Below, one piece after another: positions 25,494 through 32,000 of a DNA stretch of 32,000 nt (positions within the stretch are counted from its first letter, which is position 1; the number at the start of each line of letters is the position of its first letter). The DNA comes from Desulfocapsa sulfexigens DSM 10523 (GTDB lineage: Bacteria > Desulfobacterota > Desulfobulbia > Desulfobulbales > Desulfocapsaceae): assembly GCF_000341395.1 (NCBI RefSeq), contig NC_020304.1, positions 3,120,001-3,152,000 of the forward strand, given 5' to 3'. The notes under the pieces were generated by a model that worked only from the letters and a program-made list of their open reading frames with translations, ran no database searches and was not told where the DNA came from. The translations under genes were made by a program, and so were the position numbers.

Positions 25494-25511
25494 ACTCTGC
25501 CGGAAACAGCG

Positions 25512-25552
25512 AAAAAAGGTTCCCAATGCATATGCATCGGGAACCTTCTTTT
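25512..25552. terminator. bidirectional terminator between the DnaJ-like gene and leuD
   Basis: aaggttccc (25516-25524) pairs with gggaacctt (25539-25547), enclosing the palindrome atgcatatgcat. An A-run lies on the left (a U-run for the minus strand) and cttttgg on the right. Confidence 0.65.
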
Positions 25553-25570
25553 GGTTAAAAGCAGTTTTTT

Positions 25571-26107
25571 TTAGTAATTCGTGTCGGCATAACTGAGCCA
25601 GCCGCCAGCACTTACCAGATCTTTATCATAGGAGTTGAGAGAAAATGAACAGTGCAAATCGTCCTGCTCATCGTCGTCCGAATGCACTGTAATTTGCTCC
25701 TGATCCATATCAACCGCAATCTGTAGTTTTCCAGACATGGCAAAGATTGCATCAATATCGCCCTCACTCAGTTCCATGGCCAGAATGCCACAGTTGAACA
25801 TGTTCTGCCTGAAAATTCGTGCAAAACTTGAGGCGATAACCACGTTGATATCATTTACTTCAAATGCCCATACGGCGTGTTCACGGGACGATCCGCAACC
25901 AAAGTTTGCCCGTGTTATGACAACCTTTGCCTCCTCCATTTCCGCTGAGTGATTATTAAATGCTTTACCATCCAGCAGCAGGTCTTCAAGCAAATGAGGC
26001 TTGAGAGCGATTTTGGTAATCTCTGTGAGATATTTTGCAGGGATTATCTCATCGGTGTTTATATCATTTCTGTCCAGCAGTACCGCAGGACCTCCAAATG
26101 TCTTCAT
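25571..26107 (-). CDS. leuD: 3-isopropylmalate (or citramalate/homoaconitate) dehydratase small subunit, short archaeal type
   Basis: The sequence reads MKTFGGPAVLLDRNDINTDEIIPAKYL...NFGCGSSREHAVWA. The preferred start is the ATG at 26107 with the RBS AGAGGT. The track's start at 26146 would overlap leuC. Confidence 0.85.
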   Translation of the reverse strand: MKTFGGPAVLLDRNDINTDEIIPAKYLTEITKIALKPHLLEDLLLDGKAFNNHSAEMEEAKVVITRANFGCGSSREHAVWAFEVNDINVVIASSFARIFRQNMFNCGILAMELSEGDIDAIFAMSGKLQIAVDMDQEQITVHSDDDEQDDLHCSFSLNSYDKDLVSAGGWLSYADTNY

Positions 26108-26117
26108 ACGTATACCT

Positions 26118-27413
26118 CTATTGAGCGAGAAATTGTCTGGGATCACTGATGGTGCCGGTAATGGCTGCAGCAGCAGCTGAGGCTGGACTCATAAGATGTA
26201 CCATTCCTCCTTTTCCCATTCTGCCATTAAAGTTTCTGTTAGTGGTGGAAGCACAGACCTCACCTTCAGCGAGAACGCCTGAACTCATACCAAGACAGGC
26301 GCCACATGTAGGATTGAGTACGCAAAAACCCGCGTCCATGAAAATCTTAATAATACCTTCCTCAAGAGCCTGTGAATAGATGCCAGGAGTTGCGGGAGTT
26401 ACAATGCCACGTACACCGCTGGCCAGTCTTTTTCCTTTGAGTATAGCGGCAGCCTGGCGTAAATCTTCAATGCGGCCATTGGTACAGGAGCCGATATAAA
26501 TCTGATCAACGGGAGTGCCTTCCATCTCTCTAATATTTTTTACATGATCGGGTTTATAACCATAGGTTACCTGAGGTTCAAGCTCAGAGACATCGAGTTC
26601 TATTACGCTCGCATATTCCGCGTCGGCATCTGAATGCCATTTTTCAAACTTTGCAACCGCTGCATCTATGGTTGTGTAATCATCTTTAATGAACTGCCAA
26701 AGGTATTCGGCAGTAACACGATCAGGATAACAGAGGCCACTAGTGGCTCCTGCCTCAACGGCCATATTACACAGTGTCATACGAGCTGACATATTCATTG
26801 AGTCAACCAGTGGTCCCGTGAATTCGATAACTTTATCAGTGGCACCATTTACGGTGAGCTTTTTGATAACGGCAAGGATAACATCCTTGGCAGAAACACC
26901 ATTCTGTAAGATTCCGCTGATGGAGACTTTCATGGAAACAGGAGCCCTGAAGGTACACACACCCTTAAGGATGCCGACTTCAAGATCAGTGGTTCCAACC
27001 CCAGCAGCAAAGGCCCCAAAAGCACCATGAGTACAGGTGTGGGAATCGCCCATTATAACGGTGTAACCAGGACGGATGAATCCTTTTTCAGGGAAAAGGG
27101 CATGGCAGACACCATTTTCACCAACATCAAAAAAGTCTTTGATATTCTGGCGTTTTGCCCATTCACGCATGATTTTTCCCTGTGCTGCTGTTTTTGAATC
27201 TTTTGCAGGAGTTACGTGATCGATTACAGCTTTGATTTTATTAGGATCAAAGACCCTGTCCATTCCTTTTTCCATTAGATCCATAATGGCAATAGGAGTA
27301 GTAATTTCGTGACATAAAACAACATCCAGGTCAAGTACCATGTTTTCTGGCGTTGGTGTGTCTCGTAAATGAGCATCAAAGATTTTCTGGGCTATTGTTT
27401 TTCCCATGTGCAT
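26118..27413 (-). CDS. leuC: 3-isopropylmalate dehydratase large subunit, ~420-aa aconitase-family type
   Basis: 431 aa. It contains TIAQKIFDAH, DHVTPA, GDSHTCTHGAFGAFA, IGSCTNGRIEDL and STTNRNFNGRMG (aconitase Fe-S ligand motifs). Confidence 0.9.
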   Translation of the reverse strand: MHMGKTIAQKIFDAHLRDTPTPENMVLDLDVVLCHEITTPIAIMDLMEKGMDRVFDPNKIKAVIDHVTPAKDSKTAAQGKIMREWAKRQNIKDFFDVGENGVCHALFPEKGFIRPGYTVIMGDSHTCTHGAFGAFAAGVGTTDLEVGILKGVCTFRAPVSMKVSISGILQNGVSAKDVILAVIKKLTVNGATDKVIEFTGPLVDSMNMSARMTLCNMAVEAGATSGLCYPDRVTAEYLWQFIKDDYTTIDAAVAKFEKWHSDADAEYASVIELDVSELEPQVTYGYKPDHVKNIREMEGTPVDQIYIGSCTNGRIEDLRQAAAILKGKRLASGVRGIVTPATPGIYSQALEEGIIKIFMDAGFCVLNPTCGACLGMSSGVLAEGEVCASTTNRNFNGRMGKGGMVHLMSPASAAAAAITGTISDPRQFLAQ

Positions 27414-27593
27414 ACTCCTTATTGAAAAAGAAAAATTTTGCTGCCTTTTGTTATGTTTGTCTTAAAATTTTGTAGGAAAATTTGATACAATACCCCAAAA
27501 ATGATACTGTTGCCAGAAGATTATCCTTCGGGCGTGGTGAGATATTCACCCGCCATCCCGACTGTTATTTGAATTGTTTCAGGAGACCAATCT

Positions 27594-29420
27594 ATGCTTT
27601 TACGTTTTTCTTTCTTACTCGCCCTTTGTTTCTGCATGAATTGGGGCACCTGTTCCTATGCTGCTCACGGGGTATCCATTGATGGAGTGCTCAAGTATGG
27701 CCCTGAGTTTGAACAATTTGACTACGTCTCCGCAAAGGCAGAAAAGGGCGGTAAGCTCCTGCTTCACGACAATGGCAGTTTTGACAAAATGAACCCTTTT
27801 ACCTTGAAGGGAACGGCACCTTTCGGTCTTGAAATGTTTGTTTTTGAGCCACTGGCCGTGGGATCACTGGATGAACCCTTTGCAGAGTATGGCCTGATTG
27901 CGAGTGACATTGCACTTGCCGCCGATCACCTTTCCATGATCTTTACCATCGATAAAAATGCCAGATTTTCCGACGGAAGTGCAGTAACTCCTGAAGATGT
28001 GAAGTTTTCACTGGAAACATTTAAAAGTGATAAAGTTCATCCTTTTTATCCCTATTATTATCAGGATATTCAGGAGGCCAGGGTGCTTGATGAACACCGG
28101 GTACAGTTTGTTTTCAGTCGTACTAATCGTGAACTGCATATGATTGCATCACAGATCCCTGTGCTTTCCAGAGAATTCTATTCAAAGCATCCTTTTGGAG
28201 GTGAGGACCATAAAGATGTGATGACAGCGCCCATCGGTTCCGGGCCATATGTAGTGAAAAGTTTTCATCAGGGACGTTCCATCAGTTACAGTAAAAATCC
28301 TCATTATTGGGCAGTGAATCATCCCACCCGAAAGGGCATGTTTAATTTTGAAGAAATAGTTGTCAATTATTATAAAGACCAGATAGTTGCTGTTGAGGCA
28401 TTTAAAGCCGGTGAGTTTGATTTTATGTTGGTCAACATAGCCAAACAATGGGCCAGGGATATGGTTGGAAAACGCTTTGACAATGGGCAGCTGGTGAAAA
28501 AAAGCTTCCCTCATAAGAACAATGCTGGGATGCAGGGGTTTTTGATGAACACTCGAAGGCCTTTATTTCAGGATGAACGAGTTCGGCAGGCCCTGGGACT
28601 TGCTTTTGACTTTGAGTGGACCAATAAGTCTCTTTTTTACAATCAGTACACAAGAAGCAGTTCTTATTTCAGCAATTCCTACCTGGCAGCCAGTGGCCTG
28701 CCAACCGGACTTGAATTATCCTACCTTGAGCCCTTTAGAGACGTCCTTCCAGAAGAAGTTTTCACAACCGCTCCTGTCGCCCCGGACTCCAGTGGCAAAA
28801 ATGGTATACGAGGAAATCTGCGAAAGGCAAAAAAACTCCTTGAGCAGGCTGGATGGACCGTTAAGGATGGCGTCTTGCAAAATAGTGAGGGAAGGACTTT
28901 TCATTTTGAAATCCTTCTCGCTTCCCCCTCATTTGAAAGGGTGATGGCACCCTATGTGAATAACCTGAAAAAGATTGGTATACTAGTTGATTACCGAACA
29001 ATTGATCCTGCTCTTTACACCGATCGTGTTCAAAAATTTGATTTTGATATGATAGTTCATGTGTATGGGCAATCCCTGTCTCCTGGCAACGAACAGAAGA
29101 ATTTCTGGCATTCAGAGTCTGCCGACCACCCTGGATCAAGAAATCTAGCCGGTATAAAAAATCCTGCTGTTGATGGTATGGTTGATAAAATCATTTATGC
29201 CAAAACTCAGGAAGAGCTCACTGCCGCCTGCAGGGCACTGGATCGTATCCTCTGGTACGGATATTATCTTGTCCCAAACTGGTATTTGAATGTGCATCGT
29301 TTAGCCTATCATAATAAATTCAGTCAACCGGAGACTCTGCCACTCTATTATAATCACTTTCAACTTCTTATGACTTGGTGGGCCAGGAATGGAGAAAATA
29401 TGGTAACGGATAAGCAGTAA
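27594..29420 (+). CDS. periplasmic solute-binding protein, family 5 (peptide/nickel, YejA-like)
   Basis: 608 aa with a signal peptide (MLLRFSFLLALCFCMNWGTCSYA-AHG). Its length and motifs (GSGPYVVKSF, NPHYW) are typical of YejA-like SBPs. It has the RBS AGGAGA. Confidence 0.8.
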   Translation: MLLRFSFLLALCFCMNWGTCSYAAHGVSIDGVLKYGPEFEQFDYVSAKAEKGGKLLLHDNGSFDKMNPFTLKGTAPFGLEMFVFEPLAVGSLDEPFAEYGLIASDIALAADHLSMIFTIDKNARFSDGSAVTPEDVKFSLETFKSDKVHPFYPYYYQDIQEARVLDEHRVQFVFSRTNRELHMIASQIPVLSREFYSKHPFGGEDHKDVMTAPIGSGPYVVKSFHQGRSISYSKNPHYWAVNHPTRKGMFNFEEIVVNYYKDQIVAVEAFKAGEFDFMLVNIAKQWARDMVGKRFDNGQLVKKSFPHKNNAGMQGFLMNTRRPLFQDERVRQALGLAFDFEWTNKSLFYNQYTRSSSYFSNSYLAASGLPTGLELSYLEPFRDVLPEEVFTTAPVAPDSSGKNGIRGNLRKAKKLLEQAGWTVKDGVLQNSEGRTFHFEILLASPSFERVMAPYVNNLKKIGILVDYRTIDPALYTDRVQKFDFDMIVHVYGQSLSPGNEQKNFWHSESADHPGSRNLAGIKNPAVDGMVDKIIYAKTQEELTAACRALDRILWYGYYLVPNWYLNVHRLAYHNKFSQPETLPLYYNHFQLLMTWWARNGENMVTDKQ

Positions 29421-29429
29421 AGGAAAACT

Positions 29430-31013
29430 ATGATTCCATTCAAAATTTTATTCGTTGATGATGAGGAAATCAATCTTCTCAATTTCAGGATGATTTTCCA
29501 GGAACGATATGAAATCATTACTGCACTTTCAGGTGAAGAAGGTCTGCGCTGTTTTGAAAACACTAAGGATATCGGACTTGTTATTTCTGATCAGCGGATG
29601 CCTGGAATCAGCGGAACTGAAATGCTCAGCAAAATTTACGATATTGATCCAGATCCGATACGAGTTCTCCTTACAGCGCATAGTCAGGTTGAATATGTAC
29701 TTGATGCAATCAATCTTGGCAGGATTTACCAGTATATTCTCAAACCCTGGGATGAAAATACATTAAGTCAGGTCATTGACAGGGCACAAGACCTCTACCA
29801 ACTGAAGAAAGAAAACATCTCTCTCACTGATAAACTTGCAGAAAAAAACAGAAAACTAAAACTTGCAAACAAAAAACTTCTCAATGTTAATATAGAACTG
29901 GAGCGAGATGTTCAAAGAAGGGAAAAACTGGAGGTATCACTCCGGGAAAGCGAAGAGCGGTTCAGGAAATTTGCCAACGCAACACAGGATATTATTGTCC
30001 TTTTCGATATTTCTGGCAGAGGTCTCTACGCAAATCCGGCAGCTGAAAGACTCCTTGGATACAGTGATGATGAATTTCTGCAAAAACCACTCGTTTTTGC
30101 CCTTTGCAGGAAAGACCGTCATATTGTTAAAGAAGAGATTTCCATGCTCCTTACTACCAATCAGGCTCCTCACCCGAGAGAGGTGAGAGTACAGAAAAAG
30201 AATCTGGAATATCTTGATATGGAGATGAATCTCTTCTGTATAGATCTTTCAGGGGGAGAACGTATTATTGGCTCGATGATCCGAGATATTAGCCAGCGTA
30301 AAATTGCCGAAGAAAAACTCCGTCTCTCCGAAAAAAGACTCGGTGATCTTTCTGCCATGCTGATCACAGCACAGGATGATGAACGGCGTCGCCTGGCAAT
30401 GGAATTACACGACGAATTCGGTCAATCTCTTGCTGCTCTTAAATTACAGATAAGAGGCATGGAAAATAGCCTTCACAATAATAATGAATTTCATAAGGAT
30501 AAAATAATAGAGGCATTACGTGAGTTACGACAATATGTGAATATGCAGATAGAAGACGTGAGAAGTCTCTCACGGGAACTCTGGCCTATGATGGTTGATC
30601 ATCTTGGGGTTGATGCAGCATTTGAGAACCTTATTGGAGGGTTTCTAGGACATGCTGAAGTGGAAATCGATGTTAACATGGAACACCTCGGTCGGTTTTT
30701 TCCGGTTGAGGAGCAGAGACATCTATACAGACTTCTGCAGGAATCGCTGAATAATGTTATTAAGCATGCCAATGCAACTGATATACAGGTTAGGGCAAGT
30801 ATTGTTGGAGATGAGATAGTGCTGGCGGTACATGATAATGGCTGTGGATTTGATGTCGAAGCAGTTTCCACATCCACTGGCAAAACCAGGGGCATTGGTT
30901 TACAGGCAATTGCTGAAAGAATGAAAATTTTATGTGGAAAAATGGAAATAAATTCCAGGCCTGGAATGGGGACATCCATTATCTTTACACTTGCTAAAAA
31001 TCGTAACTGCTAA
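29430..31013 (+). CDS. cytoplasmic hybrid sensor: N-terminal receiver, coiled coil, PAS, HisKA_3 dimerisation/H-box and HATPase_c
   Basis: 527 aa. The receiver reads ILFVDDEE...VISDQRMPG...YILKPWD. The PAS region reads ERFRKFANATQDIIVLFD. The H-box LHDEFGQSLAAL is NarX/DesK-type. The N- and G-boxes read LQESLNNVIKH..DNGCGF..GIGL. No TM segment is present. Confidence 0.85.
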   Translation: MIPFKILFVDDEEINLLNFRMIFQERYEIITALSGEEGLRCFENTKDIGLVISDQRMPGISGTEMLSKIYDIDPDPIRVLLTAHSQVEYVLDAINLGRIYQYILKPWDENTLSQVIDRAQDLYQLKKENISLTDKLAEKNRKLKLANKKLLNVNIELERDVQRREKLEVSLRESEERFRKFANATQDIIVLFDISGRGLYANPAAERLLGYSDDEFLQKPLVFALCRKDRHIVKEEISMLLTTNQAPHPREVRVQKKNLEYLDMEMNLFCIDLSGGERIIGSMIRDISQRKIAEEKLRLSEKRLGDLSAMLITAQDDERRRLAMELHDEFGQSLAALKLQIRGMENSLHNNNEFHKDKIIEALRELRQYVNMQIEDVRSLSRELWPMMVDHLGVDAAFENLIGGFLGHAEVEIDVNMEHLGRFFPVEEQRHLYRLLQESLNNVIKHANATDIQVRASIVGDEIVLAVHDNGCGFDVEAVSTSTGKTRGIGLQAIAERMKILCGKMEINSRPGMGTSIIFTLAKNRNC

Positions 31014-31489
31014 TGACAAGCATCACTGTTTATCTGAATACTGTATCTGAGACGGCAAAATTTGGGCATATTCTTGCTCGCCTTGCCCTTCCCGGAGATG
31101 TGATCTGCTTGAGTGGGGATCTCGGTGCAGGGAAAACCACACTCACCCAGCAATTGGCAAGGGGACTGGAAGTGCCGGAATCCTGTTATGTTACCAGTCC
31201 AAGCTTTTCAATCATGCAGGAATACCCCGGACGCATTCCTCTTTATCATTTCGATTTTTATCGTCTTTCTGATGAAACTGAAGTTGAAGATCTTGGTTTC
31301 GAAGAATTCTTTTATCATTCTGGATTGAGCGTGATAGAATGGTCTGAAAGGGCCGGATCGCTTATCCCGGACACACGACTGTTGCTGAAAATGACCATCG
31401 AAAATGAGTCGGCAAGAAGGGTTGAGATTGATTTCGGCAATGGTTCATGGGAAGAGCGTTTACGTTCATATCTTCCCCCTATGATATGA
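31013..31489 (+). CDS. tsaE: tRNA t6A37 threonylcarbamoyl-transfer ATPase TsaE (YjeE)
   Basis: 158 aa. It contains LSGDLGAGKTTLTQ, SPSFSIMQEY, LYHFDFYRL and IEW. The ATG overlaps the kinase stop codon (TAATG). Confidence 0.88.
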   Translation: MTSITVYLNTVSETAKFGHILARLALPGDVICLSGDLGAGKTTLTQQLARGLEVPESCYVTSPSFSIMQEYPGRIPLYHFDFYRLSDETEVEDLGFEEFFYHSGLSVIEWSERAGSLIPDTRLLLKMTIENESARRVEIDFGNGSWEERLRSYLPPMI

Positions 31490-31549
31490 TCTGCCGCAGT
31501 GATTTGCAGATCTTGACAATTTATCCATCCACCGTTTTCCTGGAATGCT

Positions 31550-32000
31550 ATGGACGTTTTTGTTGCCAGACAGCCTATCTTTGATTCTCGTAAAAAGCTC
31601 TTTGCCTATGAATTGCTGTTTCGTACGGGGATGGCCAACGCCTTTCCAGATCTTGACGGGGAAACGGCAACCTCAAGTCTTCTCTCCTCATCCTTTTTTA
31701 CCGTTGGTATTGAACAGATATCCGGTGGGCACAGGTCTTTTATAAATTTCACTGAAGATCTGCTGTTAAAGGGTACCCCTGCCATGCTGCCTGCTGAAAA
31801 TGTAGTTGTAGAAGTGCTTGAAAATGTCAATCCGACGGAGGAGGTTAGGGAGGCCTGTAGAGAACTTGTTGCCAAGGGATACGATCTGGCTCTCGATGAT
31901 TTTGTGTTTACTGAAGAATGGCTCCCCCTCGTTAAAATCGCTAAGGTTATCAAGATCGATTTCCGTCTTACTCCGATTGCAGAAATAGAGAGTATAATTG
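31550..32000 (+). CDS. EAL-like + HDOD signalling protein (COG3434/YuxH-like), N-terminal ~150 codons (gene continues past window end)
   Basis: My own translation from the ATG at 31550 is MDVFVARQPIFDSRKKLFAYELLFRTGM...FINFTEDLL...VVVEVLENV...GYDLALDDFVF...KIDF. The frame is open to the window end, so it is not in the ORF track. Confidence 0.75.
   Translation, partial: MDVFVARQPIFDSRKKLFAYELLFRTGMANAFPDLDGETATSSLLSSSFFTVGIEQISGGHRSFINFTEDLLLKGTPAMLPAENVVVEVLENVNPTEEVREACRELVAKGYDLALDDFVFTEEWLPLVKIAKVIKIDFRLTPIAEIESII

Noticed and set aside
26108-26146. Longer leuD start (MIPDNFSLNRGIR...) given in the track.
   Set aside because: It would overlap the 3' end of leuC by 29 nt. The internal ATG at 26107 has a well-spaced AGAGGT SD and yields the conserved N-terminus MKTFGG...
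27414-27593. Imperfect hairpin ggcgtggtga-gatat-tcacccgcc in the leuC / SBP divergent region, which I considered as a leucine attenuator, T-box or riboswitch.
   Set aside because: There is no Leu-rich leader peptide, no U-tract on either strand and no resemblance to any riboswitch core that I can recognise.
31606-31953. 115-aa minus-strand ORF, together with the 66-aa plus-strand ORF at 31545.
   Set aside because: The third plus frame, starting at 31550, gives a clear EAL-domain N-terminus (QPIFD...YELLFR) that is open to the window end. The listed ORFs are overlapping-frame artefacts.

Overview
This window looks like ordinary bacterial chromosome. I found about 32 protein genes at roughly 90% coding density, and no rRNA, tRNA, CRISPR array, transposase or integrase. 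Gene content suggests a Gram-negative, possibly Desulfobacterota-like organism: LptF/G, archaeal-type LeuCD, a DUF166-like protein and Ada-like Zn modules. That assignment is inference only.

The housekeeping genes fall into these blocks:
- leuS (5' part, minus strand).
- dnaB, rplI, a DUF2232 membrane protein, rpsR and rpsF (minus strand), plus a MazG-like gene.
- rplU, rpmA, obg, proB, proA and nadD (plus strand).
- nnr, an M23 peptidase and RNase G.
- ssb, a CbpA-type DnaJ and leuCD.
- A family-5 solute-binding protein, a receiver-PAS-HisKA_3 kinase, tsaE and an EAL-HDOD protein that is truncated at the window end.

I could not identify a clear-cut novel system such as a defense island. The genes between the housekeeping blocks are poorly characterised, and these are the best candidates for something undescribed:
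1. 11359-12993: a receiver / Zn-ribbon / CheB-like protein whose Ser and His catalytic residues appear to be replaced, followed by a PilZ protein.
2. 14643-15637: two tightly coupled Roadblock/LC7-like genes upstream of nnr, with no small GTPase nearby.
3. 5571-6011: a stand-alone tandem AP2-like DNA-binding protein in an AT-rich pocket. Its promoter region carries a 28-bp-periodic heptamer array.
4. 15775-16451: a Cys-rich DUF166-like gene preceded by a possible translationally coupled 22-codon upstream ORF.
5. 16448-17941: an LptF/G permease fused to an Ada-like Zn domain, and an unlisted 56-codon Zn-ribbon ORF at 18147-18317.
6. 21480-23509: a translationally coupled GT2 glycosyltransferase and a spore-photoproduct-lyase-like radical SAM enzyme.

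All functional calls come from reading the translations by eye against family motifs recalled from memory. No searches were run.
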